Counted from the first letter of the stretch, positions 52,488-63,233 are shown. The stretch is DNA of 64,000 nucleotides from Candidatus Latescibacterota bacterium (GCA_965248755.1 OZ252149.1:576001-640000), one strand, 5' to 3'. Translations and numbers: made by a program. Notes: generated from the letters alone by a model not told the origin.

Positions 52488-55400
52488 ATGAACAGGAAGA
52501 ATAGAGTTTTAGTGGCGAGGAACTTCTTGCTTGCGCCTTTTTCCTACCTACTACCTACTGCCCTTTCCTTGTTGTTCTTTTCCCTATCTACTATCTTCTA
52601 CCTGCTACCTACTTCTGTTTACGGAGAATCGTTTGCATGTGCTGGAGATCCTAAAGCTCGCATAGAGGGCCTGGGCAAGGTCGCATACATCGAGCCCAAG
52701 GGCAAAAAGAAAGTCCTGGCAATCTTTGCCAAGTTCAAAGGCGAAGCCCCTGCCGATTCCCTGGCCCCCTCCTTTGCAAATGACATATTCGACCCGAACA
52801 GACAAGGGAGCTTCAGCCACTTTTACGAGAACATGTCTTCTGGGGCGTTAGAGGCGTCGGGAACTGTGCTGAGGAAGAGATACGAATCCGACTTTCCCGC
52901 CCAGGAATACGTTATAGCACCTGAACGACAGCTCGGAAAATTCGATCAGTTCAACTTAGAGATCTTGAGCAAGGTAGATAACGACATAGACTTCGGGGAG
53001 TTCGACAACGACGGCCCGGATAATATCCCCAATTCGGGAGACGACGACGGCTTTGTGGACTTCGTCACAATCAACTTAAGAAGCAGACCCACCGGCTTTT
53101 TCATAGGCACCGCGACGGGCATTGCATCCCTCGGATTTAAGAATGATTTTATCACAAACGACACAAAGAGCGGCGGCGGATTCATAAAGGTTCCCGGGAT
53201 ATTTACAGCGATGGGGGGCACTACGCAGAGGGTTAGAAATTTTGCCAGCACCGCGGGCACGATAGCCCACGAATTCGCGCACGTCTTCGGACTACCGGAC
53301 CTCTTTGACCAGACGTTCCTTTCCAATCCTAACCTGGACCTACAGGACGACGGCGCGGGAATAGGCAACTGGGGTATGATGGGTCGGGGAACCTTGGGAT
53401 GGTCAGGCACAGACGGCCCCAACCCCTTTTCGGCCTGGTGCAAGGAACAGTTGGGGTGGATCGGAAGAGAGAATGACAATCTGGTCGTTGTCCAGGAGAC
53501 GATGAGGAACGTAGTAATATCTGATTCAGAGATGGGAGGTAAGGTCTACAAAATCCATATAAGCAACGAGGAGTACTTTTTAGTCGAAAACAGACAAAAA
53601 TCGGGAGGATACTACGACAGGAATATCCCCGGTGGAGGCATCTTCATCTGGCATGTGGATATGACAGCTGACAACGATGAAGAAAGACACAAGCAGGTCG
53701 ATTTGGAGTGCGCAGATGGCCTTTTTAAGGCCGGATCTGAAGATCCTTCCAGCGGAGCGGATCAGCTCGACCGATGGTCAAGAGACGCTGACTTTGCGGA
53801 GACTAACGACGGCAACCTCGGAGATGCCACCGATCCTTTCGATGGGATAGCTTTCACATCGTTCGATTCTGAGTCGAATCCCAGCAGCAACGCCTACGGG
53901 GGATTCGTCCAGACTATAAGTACGGGGATCGCTGTGGAGAATATCAGAAAGAGCGGCAACGATATGATAGTGGATTTCGTGATCGGCTCTCCGGCGCCGG
54001 GACGAATTTCCCGGGACACTACATGGTCGGTGACGCATACTGTCAGGGGCGATGTTATAGTTGACTTCGGCGCTACGCTTACTATCGCAGCCGGCACCCG
54101 GGTCGATATCTCCAAGGGCGACGTCAGGAAAAGCGGTGTAGATCCAGATAGGTGCGAGCTTATAATCTACGGTCGCCTCCTGCTTGAGGGGACTCCTACG
54201 AATCCCATAAATATAGCCTCCTTATCTCCCTTTCCGTCCGAAACAGATTGGTACGGCATAAGACTTATAAACGATCAAAAGGATATAAATAGGGCAGGAG
54301 TAGTAATCGAAGGATCAGAATTTGGCTTCGTAAGACAGCGTCTTCCGGAAGATGCGACATGGTCAGGAACAGTCATTGTTCCTGAAGACATGACAATTCC
54401 CGAAGGCACCACGCTGACAGTATCTGCCGGGACGACTGTGCGCTTTGCCGATAGAGATTGGGCAGGTCGAGGAGCCAAGCCTCTGCGATGTGAGCTAATA
54501 GTGGAAGGTTCCCTGATAGCGTCCGGAACGTCGGCAAGCGGTGTATTATTTACATCCATGCTGAGTCAGATTAGAGACGCAGACCAAGCCTGGGGCGGCA
54601 TAAAGCTTGTGCCGGGTGGGGTACTGGATATGAGCTTTACACTACTTCAGTTTCCGGCTTTTGCCCTTAGTGGAGAACTCAAAGGAGCGCAGGCTTATCT
54701 GAGGGACTCCATAATCAGGTCTACTCCCGGAGGCGGCATCAGTCTCAGGATTAGTGACGGCACTTTGAACCTCGAAAGGACGACTATCGAGCAGAACGGA
54801 GCGTCGGGGGGCATAAGTGTGAGCGGAACTGGATCTGTGGTTTTGAAGGACTGCACCATCAGAAATAACGTAGGAGTCGGATTATCCACGGACAACTGCT
54901 CCGTTCAGGCTGAGGGGTGCACCTTTTCGGGAAACGGGGATATTCAAAGTGCACTTGGCAATATCAACCTCCAAAATCGGTCCGGAGTCGAGGGCTCTGG
55001 GGGCGAAGATCACATAATCGACCTCCGAGACTGCCTAATCGAAAGGAACGCCAAAGAGGGCATAGATCTCTCCGAATGGAGCGGTCAGGTGCACATATCC
55101 GACAGCATTATCAGGAACAACAGGGAAGTTGGACTTAGTTTATCAGAAACTTCAGGGGAAATCGTCCGTTCGTTATTTGCCGACCCTACGGGCATAGAAT
55201 TAAGGGACGTGGCATCTCTGGACATAGAGGAGAATACCTTCACTTTTAACCAGATCGGCATAGCCTCCATATCCTCATCTGCCCGGATAGCCTACAACAC
55301 ATTTCGGGAGGCATCCACGGCATTGAGGATAGAAGGAAGCAGAATTCCTGAGCGTATAAGCCGTAATTCCTTCCTCGGCAACAACATCTCGGTGGACAAC

Positions 55401-55697
55401 CGAACTTTCCTCAGGGTGAACGCCGAAGGCAACTGGTGGGGCACAGTTATTCTTGAAGAGATCGCCGCACAGATTCAGGGAAGCGTGGATTTCGAGCCCT
55501 TCCTCACATCAGAGCCGCTCTTGGGGGATTTCGACGGGGATAGCAAAGTAGGTCTCTCCGATTTTGTCCTTTTTTTAGATGCGTTCGCCACAACGACCAG
55601 TTCAACCGATTGGGATCCCCTATTCGATCTGGACGACAATGGAGAGGTCGGACTCTCCGACTTTGTAATCTTTCTAGATAACTTCGGGACGGCATAA
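52488..55697 (+). CDS. M6 (immune inhibitor A-like) metalloprotease with beta-helix repeats and C-terminal dockerin-like EF-hand pair
   Basis: FDNDGPD...GDDDG.VD, AHEFAHVFGLPDL, EYFLVENRQ and IWHVD; C-terminal GDFDGDSKVGLSDF/DLDDNGEVGLSDF. Confidence 0.9.
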   Translation: MNRKNRVLVARNFLLAPFSYLLPTALSLLFFSLSTIFYLLPTSVYGESFACAGDPKARIEGLGKVAYIEPKGKKKVLAIFAKFKGEAPADSLAPSFANDIFDPNRQGSFSHFYENMSSGALEASGTVLRKRYESDFPAQEYVIAPERQLGKFDQFNLEILSKVDNDIDFGEFDNDGPDNIPNSGDDDGFVDFVTINLRSRPTGFFIGTATGIASLGFKNDFITNDTKSGGGFIKVPGIFTAMGGTTQRVRNFASTAGTIAHEFAHVFGLPDLFDQTFLSNPNLDLQDDGAGIGNWGMMGRGTLGWSGTDGPNPFSAWCKEQLGWIGRENDNLVVVQETMRNVVISDSEMGGKVYKIHISNEEYFLVENRQKSGGYYDRNIPGGGIFIWHVDMTADNDEERHKQVDLECADGLFKAGSEDPSSGADQLDRWSRDADFAETNDGNLGDATDPFDGIAFTSFDSESNPSSNAYGGFVQTISTGIAVENIRKSGNDMIVDFVIGSPAPGRISRDTTWSVTHTVRGDVIVDFGATLTIAAGTRVDISKGDVRKSGVDPDRCELIIYGRLLLEGTPTNPINIASLSPFPSETDWYGIRLINDQKDINRAGVVIEGSEFGFVRQRLPEDATWSGTVIVPEDMTIPEGTTLTVSAGTTVRFADRDWAGRGAKPLRCELIVEGSLIASGTSASGVLFTSMLSQIRDADQAWGGIKLVPGGVLDMSFTLLQFPAFALSGELKGAQAYLRDSIIRSTPGGGISLRISDGTLNLERTTIEQNGASGGISVSGTGSVVLKDCTIRNNVGVGLSTDNCSVQAEGCTFSGNGDIQSALGNINLQNRSGVEGSGGEDHIIDLRDCLIERNAKEGIDLSEWSGQVHISDSIIRNNREVGLSLSETSGEIVRSLFADPTGIELRDVASLDIEENTFTFNQIGIASISSSARIAYNTFREASTALRIEGSRIPERISRNSFLGNNISVDNRTFLRVNAEGNWWGTVILEEIAAQIQGSVDFEPFLTSEPLLGDFDGDSKVGLSDFVLFLDAFATTTSSTDWDPLFDLDDNGEVGLSDFVIFLDNFGTA

Positions 55698-55810
55698 CTT
55701 TATGGTTGCAGCCAACAAGATAGAGGGCATCTATGGGATCGCAGACTCCGTAGATCTCGCAGATACCTATGCTCAATAGAGATCGATCGTCGGAAGGAGT
55801 TAGCGTCCTT

Positions 55811-56071
55811 ATGTCTGATAATCACCGTAACTTGGCTATTGCGCGGAACAAGATCAACAAGATAAACAGAGACATACTCAATTCTGTCGGTCTGACCCAG
55901 GACGAAATTAAAGTCGCTATCGAGGCTGGGCTTATTGATGAAGACCAGGCCTACTTCTGGACGGAGGAATGGCAAAAAGGCATGCGTGAGTCCGAAAGGG
56001 ATATACGTGAGGGGAGAGTGACCGGCTTCGATAACGCTGATGACTTCTTTAGACATTTAGATAAACTATGA
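55811..56071 (+). CDS. Small protein resembling the C-terminus of AbrB/MazE-type antitoxins
   Basis: IDEDQAYFWTEEWQKG.RE...DIREGRV motif; stop overlaps the pyrF start. Confidence 0.55.
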   Translation: MSDNHRNLAIARNKINKINRDILNSVGLTQDEIKVAIEAGLIDEDQAYFWTEEWQKGMRESERDIREGRVTGFDNADDFFRHLDKL

Positions 56072-57009
56072 AAGAGACAATGAACTTCACAGATAGGTTA
56101 ATTCAAGAAATAATCCAAAAGCAGAGCCACACAGTTGTGGGACTGGATCCGAGGATAGAGATGATTCCCGATTTTATAAGGGAGGAGAGCTGTGCAGAGT
56201 TCCAGGATCCCTTCCAGGCCGCCTCTGAGGCGATTTTGCGCTTTAACAGAGAGATCATAGACTCAATCGCAGATATAGTCCCCGCCGTCAAACCTCAGAT
56301 CGCCTTCTACGAAAGATACGGCCACTGGGGCGTCAGGGCCTTCGCCGAGACAGCAGACTACGCTAAGGATAAGGGCTTGATAGTCATAGGCGACGTTAAG
56401 AGGAACGATATAGGCTCAACGTCCGAGGCATATGCAGACGCCTACCTGGGAGATGAACTTTCTCCATATAATCTGGACGCCATAACCGTCAACCCCTATT
56501 TCGGCTCAGACGGCGTTCTTCCCTTCATCCAGAGGGCAAGAGATCGGGGAAAAGGCATCTTTGTACTTGTCAAGACATCTAACAAATCGTCAGAGGAACT
56601 TCAGGACTTAAAGACAGACGGCAGGCACATTTACGAAGTCGTGGGAGAGATGGTGGACAGATGGGGAGAGAGCACAGAGGGAAACAGGGGTTATAAATGT
56701 GTGGGAGGGGTAGTTGGAGCCACATTTCCAGGACAGGCGGACGATCTGAGACACATAATGCCCAGATCCTACCTCCTTGTCCCCGGATACGGCGCCCAGG
56801 GCGCCACCGCAGCTGATGTGATCTCCTACTTCAACCCGGACGGATTGGGGGCAGTGGTGAACTCCTCAAGGGGAATCATATTTGCATATAAAGATGAGTC
56901 AAACCTATACGGACCCCGTGAATTTGGAAAAGCTGCAAGGGCAGCTGCTCTTCGCATGAATCGAGAGATCAACGCTGCCTTAGAAAAGGCGCAAAAGCGC
57001 GCCTGGTAG
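56068..57009 (+). CDS. pyrF: Orotidine-5'-phosphate decarboxylase
   Basis: VGLDP, KPQIAFYE, DVKRNDIGST, VVGAT, PGYGAQG and NSSRGI. Confidence 0.95.
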   Translation: MKETMNFTDRLIQEIIQKQSHTVVGLDPRIEMIPDFIREESCAEFQDPFQAASEAILRFNREIIDSIADIVPAVKPQIAFYERYGHWGVRAFAETADYAKDKGLIVIGDVKRNDIGSTSEAYADAYLGDELSPYNLDAITVNPYFGSDGVLPFIQRARDRGKGIFVLVKTSNKSSEELQDLKTDGRHIYEVVGEMVDRWGESTEGNRGYKCVGGVVGATFPGQADDLRHIMPRSYLLVPGYGAQGATAADVISYFNPDGLGAVVNSSRGIIFAYKDESNLYGPREFGKAARAAALRMNREINAALEKAQKRAW

Positions 57010-57017
57010 CAGTAGAT

Positions 57018-57301
57018 TAGGGCGGACACACGGGTCTGCCCCTGCGAATGAACGTAGAGGAAAATCGTCAGAGCCGAACCCGCGAGTTCGCTCAGTTACG
57101 TATACTGTCTACTCATATTTAGCCCGATACTCAACCCGATTAATTCACAAACTTGGTGGAGTCATTGCGAGGAGCAAAGCGGTCCCCGATTGGGTCTATC
57201 GGGGAAGCAATCTCAAGGTTTTACAGTGGTATCCTATGAGAGCCGGAGAGTATTACATCTACCACAGAATCGAGATTGCTTCGCCTTCCGCTCGCAATGA
57301 C
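57018..57301. repeat. Cluster of REP-like hairpins and a family B element between convergent genes
   Basis: AGGGCGGAC...GTCTGCCCCT; GTCATTGCGAGG...GAAGCAATCTC ... GAGATTGCTTCG...CTCGCAATGAC with nested CCCCGATTGGGTCTATCGGGG. Confidence 0.75.
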
Positions 57302-57383
57302 ACCGAAGGTGGTTAAACGGCATAACTATAATATAATACAACCCCTTAATTAATACACGGCCTTTTTTGTGAATTATTCGGGC

Positions 57384-58559
57384 TTAATTCACTATGTCCG
57401 ACACCTTCACGAATTTAAATCCTCTCTTTTCCAGCTTTGGAAGGACAGCGCGAAGGGCGTGGAGCGTCTCTGCCTTATCGTGACCGACCGCTATAACCGT
57501 CCCTTCTGCAGCGGCGAGGTCGGCGGCCTGCATAAGCCTTTCTTCTATCGTCATGACGTCGTCGGGATTATCTATAAACAGTGACGCCTTAGCGCACTGT
57601 ATCCCCATCTTTTCTGCCAGATCATACGCTATTGAATTGGAGGACGTTCTGCTATCTACAAAGTAGAGTTTTTTCTCTTTAATCTCCGAAAGCACAGCTC
57701 TCATAACTCTCATGTCCTCGGTTGCCCTGGAACCCATATGATTGCTGAGTCCGAGGGCCTTCGGCATCGCCCTTATGGCCCTTTTTGTGATCCTTTTTAT
57801 CTCCCGGGTCGAATAGATGGTGTATACCGCCCCTTCTCCCGGCTTCTGCAGAGGGAAACCCTTCGGCTCCATGGGCAGATGGATCATAACCTCGTGGCCC
57901 CCATCCAGAGCCATTTGCGCTATCTTTTGTGAGTTGTCGGTGTCCGGAAAGACTGCTAAAGTCAGGCTCTGCGGAAGCTTACAGAACTCCCTTGCCAGCT
58001 CCATGCGCTGATAGCCAAAATCATCCAGTACAATTGCGATCTTTCCCTTTTTGCGGACTATTCTATCATTCCTTGAAAGGAGTATCAGATCCGTCTCCAC
58101 TCCGTCCATCCCGGCGCGGATCGATACCTTTGTTCCCTTCTCATTCTGCCGGGCTTCCAGTACCTCTCCACCCAGATCCTTTACAAGACGGGATACCTCC
58201 AGATTGCACACTAATAAGGACAGATCCTTAGGGACTCTCACCCGCGTCCTTTTAGGCCCCCTGTCGGATCGAGGATATTTGTTTATCAAATCACCCTCGA
58301 TGCCCAATCCCCAAAGGACACGATCTAAATAGACGTTCAGACTGTCGGAAAAGGCGCGGCTGTCGGAGGTAGCAGTGAGGGGGTAAGGTTCTTGCACAAC
58401 CCCTTGCGATGAGCCCCTGACTGTTAAGCTGCGGTATATGAGCGCTGCTCCCGCAGAAATAACAAAAAGGAGCACTAACGTCCATAGTAGAGGTTTAAGT
58501 GACCTCTTCCTTTTGGCCATGCTCCGAGCGCGCGGTCTGCGCCTTCTATCCTTGTCCAT
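57384..58559 (-). CDS. Divergent polysaccharide deacetylase family protein
   Basis: IAIVLDDFG, HLPMEP, NHMGS, FVDSRT and AVGH; N-terminal TM. Confidence 0.92.
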   Translation of the reverse strand: MDKDRRRRPRARSMAKRKRSLKPLLWTLVLLFVISAGAALIYRSLTVRGSSQGVVQEPYPLTATSDSRAFSDSLNVYLDRVLWGLGIEGDLINKYPRSDRGPKRTRVRVPKDLSLLVCNLEVSRLVKDLGGEVLEARQNEKGTKVSIRAGMDGVETDLILLSRNDRIVRKKGKIAIVLDDFGYQRMELAREFCKLPQSLTLAVFPDTDNSQKIAQMALDGGHEVMIHLPMEPKGFPLQKPGEGAVYTIYSTREIKRITKRAIRAMPKALGLSNHMGSRATEDMRVMRAVLSEIKEKKLYFVDSRTSSNSIAYDLAEKMGIQCAKASLFIDNPDDVMTIEERLMQAADLAAAEGTVIAVGHDKAETLHALRAVLPKLEKRGFKFVKVSDIVN

Positions 58560-58630
58560 ATCAGATCAAAAATATAGGGAAGAAAGGCTCAATCTTTCTT
58601 CCCCAAAGGTTAGATCACAAAAGGAGTCGC

Positions 58631-59275
58631 TTACCGGGTGAGAGGATCATCATCCCACCGAACTATCTTCCACAGGCCCTCTTCATTCTGTCTCAGCTTA
58701 AACGTCATATTCTGATTTACGCGGAAGCCGTTTTCCCCTGTCTCATCCACCATAAGCATATTCACAGGACCGAAGAAAACCTCCCAATCCTCGTCCTCAT
58801 GGGCGTCAGGGTCGCCCTCAAATGCTGGAAGCACAGTTCCCTTTGGCTCTGTGAACCTCCCGCGGGTGCCTCCAGCCTGTGTAAAATCGAAATCAAATAT
58901 CGTGAACTCCTTGAAGATTTTTGTTATAATTGTTACATCTCGATCCTTCCCCCAAGCAATATCCAGAGTGTCCGTCTCGCTCCGTTCTGTGAACCAATAC
59001 CTTTCATCGAGCAGGTCTTCATAGACCTCGATGTCCCTATTATCCATAGCAAAATCCAAGTTTTCAAGGAGGATCTCAGCCTGTGTGGCATCTGGTATAG
59101 GCCCTCCGTTGCCACTTTGGTTACCACCACCGTTACCACTTCCGGTGCCATCTCCGTCGACACCATTGCCATTGGGAGGCTTAGTTGTTGGAGGGGAAAA
59201 GGGATTTCCGCATCCAATCGTAAGCATAAAGACAACGCATACTGTTACAATACAAAGGACAGACTTCATCAACAT
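58631..59275 (-). CDS. Hypothetical lipoprotein (paralog A)
   Basis: Lipobox TIGC-GNPF; LLENL...Y..LL...WKIVRWDD. Confidence 0.75.
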   Translation of the reverse strand: MLMKSVLCIVTVCVVFMLTIGCGNPFSPPTTKPPNGNGVDGDGTGSGNGGGNQSGNGGPIPDATQAEILLENLDFAMDNRDIEVYEDLLDERYWFTERSETDTLDIAWGKDRDVTIITKIFKEFTIFDFDFTQAGGTRGRFTEPKGTVLPAFEGDPDAHEDEDWEVFFGPVNMLMVDETGENGFRVNQNMTFKLRQNEEGLWKIVRWDDDPLTR

Positions 59276-59353
59276 TTTCTTGTCGCCTCCTGTTGAAGAA
59301 ATTAAGGGACTTCGAAATAAATAGACCGGAGAGCCTCACCTAGAAAGAATTGC

Positions 59354-59417
59354 CAGATAAGAATGTCCGACCCACCTTGTTATGCATGTTGGTAGAACAG
59401 GTTTTCTTGTCTGTTCT
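59354..59417. repeat. REP-like pair (family A)
   Basis: CAGATAAGAATGTCCGACCCACC ... GGTAGAACAGGTTTTCTTGTCTGTTCT. Confidence 0.7.
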
Positions 59418-59458
59418 ATTTGGACCTCTATATTCTCCAGACTGTTTTGACTTGATAC

Positions 59459-60058
59459 TTAATTTAGAAACCTGGCTCTGAGTTCGCCCCAGGTGCTTTC
59501 TTCCTGACTTGTCTTGAAGTCCCGCCATCTGAATATTTCCCAGCTTCCTTCCTCATTTTTTCGCAAGGAGAGCCAGAACTCTCCGCTGATCCTACCTGGG
59601 GTGTCTTCTCGTTCCTCAAGATAGAATATTGTAGCTATATAATTGTCTCTGTATTCCTCCTGGTTCCCATCTGATGAAGCTTCAAAGAGCGTCGGAGGCC
59701 AGTTTCCAAGCATACTGATGGATCTGACCAGGAGGCTGTCGCTCAAAAAGAAATCGGCAAAACTCTCCTCTTTTTCTTTGTCCCAGAGATCGTCGTATAT
59801 ATGGCTAAAGTCGCTGGAGTCCTTCTCATCGGGCGTAAAGATGAAGTCGTCCGACAGAAGCTGAAGATAATCGGCCGGCCTCAGACTTTGCACAGCTTCT
59901 TTCAAATTCTCCAATAGTTCTTCCCCACGGACCGCAGTGCCGATAGATGACCTGCCTCCCGTGGGAGGTTGCACTTGGTCATCCCTGGTCGAGAAGGGAT
60001 TTGAACATCCCGAAGTCCAGATCGCCGCTATCAAGAATATGCAAAGGTGTCTTATCAT
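59459..60058 (-). CDS. Hypothetical lipoprotein (paralog B)
   Basis: Lipobox TSGC-SNPF; LLENL...Y..LL...WEIFRWRD. Confidence 0.75.
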   Translation of the reverse strand: MIRHLCIFLIAAIWTSGCSNPFSTRDDQVQPPTGGRSSIGTAVRGEELLENLKEAVQSLRPADYLQLLSDDFIFTPDEKDSSDFSHIYDDLWDKEKEESFADFFLSDSLLVRSISMLGNWPPTLFEASSDGNQEEYRDNYIATIFYLEEREDTPGRISGEFWLSLRKNEEGSWEIFRWRDFKTSQEESTWGELRARFLN

Positions 60059-60119
60059 ATATGGTGACTCTTCATCTCTACACCACTTTTCATCTTATCG
60101 TAACACGGGAAAGCGAATA

Positions 60120-61073
60120 TCAGGCTATGCTTATCGGAGCCGGCATAAAGCAAACTACAAAAATCCCCATAGATAAGTAGCCAAGGGCTCTGCGTCTATT
60201 ATCCAACACGATATACGAGTCATAAGGAGGTGGATGTCGCCTTCCGAAGACAAACAGAGACATAAACGCCCAAAGGAACCACCCGTACCACCCGGATACG
60301 AACCCCAAGACCACAAGTCCGACAATCGCTAGCTTCGATATGAGGCGGTGCCATCTCCCAAAAAGAGAGTAGGTTATATGTCCTCCGTCCAATTGACCTA
60401 TGGGCAGAAGATTCAGAGCCGTGACAAAGAGTCCGATCCATCCGGCAAAAGCCACAGGATGGAGATAAAGCTGCGCATCAGAGGCCAGCTCACCCACTAC
60501 GATCTTAGAAAGCAGCAAAAAGATTAATGAATCTCCCAATTCGATGGAAGGCCTTTCGACTGCCTCTGTAGCAAATACTGTCTCTGACATGCTGAGTCCG
60601 ATTACAGATACGATGATGGCCGCTACGAAACCCACAAGGGGTCCTGCGGCTCCGATGTCCACTAACGCTTTTCTGTTCGGTATGGGAGATTTTATCTTGA
60701 TCACAGCGCCGAACGTGCCTATGAACATAAGGAAAGGCTCCGGTATAAAATAGGGAAGCGTGGCTTTTACGTTCCAGCTCCTTGCGGCGAAATAGTGTCC
60801 GAACTCGTGAACACCGAGTATCAAAAGCAGACTCGCTGAAAACGGCAGGCCCTTATAAAACAGGAGAGGATTTGCAGCCAGATCGACATCGGGTCTCATC
60901 AAAGCTCCTGCAGTCGTCGTAGTAATTGCTGTAAGGATAAACAGCACGAAGTTAATGGCAGGATTGGAGGGCTTCGGCTGATGCGGAGTCCACATCTGAT
61001 ACGGAGGTATGGCTGGTTGAATCCATTCTTTACCTTCGGGCAAATTCACTTTTCCATTCCGCTTCCACAGCAA
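60120..61073 (-). CDS. Site-2 protease (M50) family intramembrane metalloprotease
   Basis: HEFGH, GTFGAVI, AAGP and NLLPIGQLDGGH. Confidence 0.93.
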   Translation of the reverse strand: MLWKRNGKVNLPEGKEWIQPAIPPYQMWTPHQPKPSNPAINFVLFILTAITTTTAGALMRPDVDLAANPLLFYKGLPFSASLLLILGVHEFGHYFAARSWNVKATLPYFIPEPFLMFIGTFGAVIKIKSPIPNRKALVDIGAAGPLVGFVAAIIVSVIGLSMSETVFATEAVERPSIELGDSLIFLLLSKIVVGELASDAQLYLHPVAFAGWIGLFVTALNLLPIGQLDGGHITYSLFGRWHRLISKLAIVGLVVLGFVSGWYGWFLWAFMSLFVFGRRHPPPYDSYIVLDNRRRALGYLSMGIFVVCFMPAPISIA

Positions 61074-61094
61074 GGTGACTCTCCTGCCTTTCCT

Positions 61095-62084
61095 TTAGTC
61101 TGCCATCAATCCTACTGCAAATCTGTGCGAATTTCCGAGCCCGAAGTTCAAGGGAACAAAGGCATAGTCCAGCCTCCATCTTCTAAATCTGAGTCCGAAC
61201 CCCGTGGAAATATCCATCGTGTCGCTCCCGCTTTGTCCTCCGAATCTCAAAGCAAATATCCTGCTGTACTCCCATTCGACCCCGGCGTGCAAACTAACAG
61301 CCGAGTCGTTCGGCACCCTTACGTCAGTCGAGGCTAATATATCTCCCCATTCTAAAGCTGATAACAGATAAGAGGCTCCGAACCTTACTTCTACAGGCAA
61401 ATCTACCGATTCTTCATTTAGCTTGTTCATCCCTCCGACGTTCTTCAATGAGAATCCCCCTGCAAAGTTCCTATATGTATAGATGGCTCCGAGATCCAGC
61501 GCCGCTCCGAGTGCGCTTTCCACATGTATCTTCTCGGCGAGCCATTTGACCGTCACGCCCACGCTCACATTATCGTGAACTCTTTGGGCGTAGGACAACA
61601 AGACCGCTGAATCATAGACGCTAAAATTCCCCAAAGGTTTCAAAGAAGCTCCTGTCCTCCTTTCCAATCCTCCGGCGGAGTTTATGATAGTACTCAGGGC
61701 AAACGCTCTGTCCTCTCCTCCAAAGGCGGCACCGGCGTAGTCGTGGCTTATATCCTGTATCCATTCGTTGTGAACAAGTAACACGTCTCTGCCCTTTACT
61801 CCAATAAGACCTGCGGGATTCCAGTAAGCTGATGATTGATCCTTCGACACGGAGGTGTAGGCAGACCCCATTGCGGCTGCCCTTGCGCCTACGCCTAACT
61901 TCAAGAATGAGAGTCCGGTCCTGCCGGCATCCGGATCTACCCCGGCGTAAGATACAGTAGACAGTAGACAGTATATAGAAGACAGTAGATAAAGGAGATT
62001 GCTTCTCCGATTTAATCGGGGGACCCGAAGCAATCTCAGAGACACAACATCGGCTCTCCCCCTCTGTTTAGTGTTCTTTGCCAT
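61095..62084 (-). CDS. PorV/PorQ-family outer-membrane beta-barrel protein
   Basis: FLKLGVGARAAAMG...YWNPAGL and C-terminal DYAF...LGNSHRF. Confidence 0.85.
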   Translation of the reverse strand: MAKNTKQRGRADVVSLRLLRVPRLNRRSNLLYLLSSIYCLLSTVSYAGVDPDAGRTGLSFLKLGVGARAAAMGSAYTSVSKDQSSAYWNPAGLIGVKGRDVLLVHNEWIQDISHDYAGAAFGGEDRAFALSTIINSAGGLERRTGASLKPLGNFSVYDSAVLLSYAQRVHDNVSVGVTVKWLAEKIHVESALGAALDLGAIYTYRNFAGGFSLKNVGGMNKLNEESVDLPVEVRFGASYLLSALEWGDILASTDVRVPNDSAVSLHAGVEWEYSRIFALRFGGQSGSDTMDISTGFGLRFRRWRLDYAFVPLNFGLGNSHRFAVGLMAD

Positions 62085-62113
62085 AATGTCTAAAAACTCA
62101 AAGCCCCATATAT

Positions 62114-63079
62114 CTAAAAAGTCAACGCAGTTGAGAAGACATGACTCCCCCCGGCGTCCATCTGATCCGTTATAAAAACGTACTGAAAATCTATCTGGCG
62201 TTCAAAGATTGGGCCAAGACCTATGCCGAACCTCTGGGAACTTTCGCCGATGTCATCTGAGGATATGTCCCCGACACCTGCTCTCAATCTCAAAAATTCG
62301 TTCAGCGCCAGCTCCCATCCCGACCTTACCTCCACTTCTCCATTGCTGCGCTCTACATCGAACGAGATTAAGACCCTCTCATCAAAGAATCTGTAGGATG
62401 CCCCCACGACGAGCGACTCAGGGATTTCGTCCTGGTAGGAGACCTCGCCGATGCCCCTTGAGATCTTCCAGGAAAGCTCTGTATTTATATTTCTGACCAC
62501 AAAACCTATGGACAGATCCTCCGTCGGCTTTACCATAGCCCCGACATCGAAGCCGAATCCCCTACCTGCTTCTCCCGCAAGAGAGTGACGCAGATATTTT
62601 CCGTTCAGCCCGATTGCCCCCTTGCCATCTACATCCTTTGCGAACGAAAAGTAGAAGGCATTGCGATTATCAGAAATCTCCCCCGTTTTTCGTCCATTTA
62701 TGTCCCGACCCTGGATATTCGCGGTTCCCGCATATATCCACATAAATCCGAATGCTGCTCCCTGTTCCGATCTCTGGCTGTAGGAAAGGACATTTTCCTT
62801 TCTGTCTAAAGAAAGCGATCTGTAAGTCTCAGACACCTGCCTTTTCTGAGTATAGATAAGTCCAGCGGGATTCCAGAACGCTCCCGAAGCATCGTCGGCT
62901 ATAGACACATAAGCCCCTCCCAGACCGATAGCTTTGGCTCCTACGCCGCTTCTGAGAAAGGCGCTGGCATCCCCCCCGCTTATCCCTTGGGATGAGGATA
63001 TTGAAGACATTACTAAAAGCCACAATACAGTAGACAATCGACAGCAAACAGTAGACAGGGGCATCGCCTCCCTTCCCAC
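62114..63079 (-). CDS. PorV/PorQ-family outer-membrane beta-barrel protein
   Basis: FLRSGVGAKAIGLGGAY...FWNPAGL and terminal SHVFSTALTF. Confidence 0.85.
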   Translation of the reverse strand: MGREAMPLSTVCCRLSTVLWLLVMSSISSSQGISGGDASAFLRSGVGAKAIGLGGAYVSIADDASGAFWNPAGLIYTQKRQVSETYRSLSLDRKENVLSYSQRSEQGAAFGFMWIYAGTANIQGRDINGRKTGEISDNRNAFYFSFAKDVDGKGAIGLNGKYLRHSLAGEAGRGFGFDVGAMVKPTEDLSIGFVVRNINTELSWKISRGIGEVSYQDEIPESLVVGASYRFFDERVLISFDVERSNGEVEVRSGWELALNEFLRLRAGVGDISSDDIGESSQRFGIGLGPIFERQIDFQYVFITDQMDAGGSHVFSTALTF

Positions 63080-63087
63080 CAGGTTGC

Positions 63088-63205
63088 TCCCCCCCCGATA
63101 GAGTCAATCGGGGGTAGAGTCAATCGGGGGCGCTCACAATGACGGTTTATTCGCTATTGAGTTCTTCGGTGGTCATTGCGAGGGGCACAGCCCCGAAGCA
63201 ATCTC
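63088..63205. repeat. Family B palindromic element with nested CCCCGATAGAGTCAATCGGGG
   Basis: CTCACAATGAC ... GTCATTGCGAGGGG...CCCCGAAGCAATCTC; duplicated TAGAGTCAATCGGGGG. Confidence 0.7.
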
Positions 63206-63233
63206 GCGGACAGTATCATAAAATTTTTCCTTT

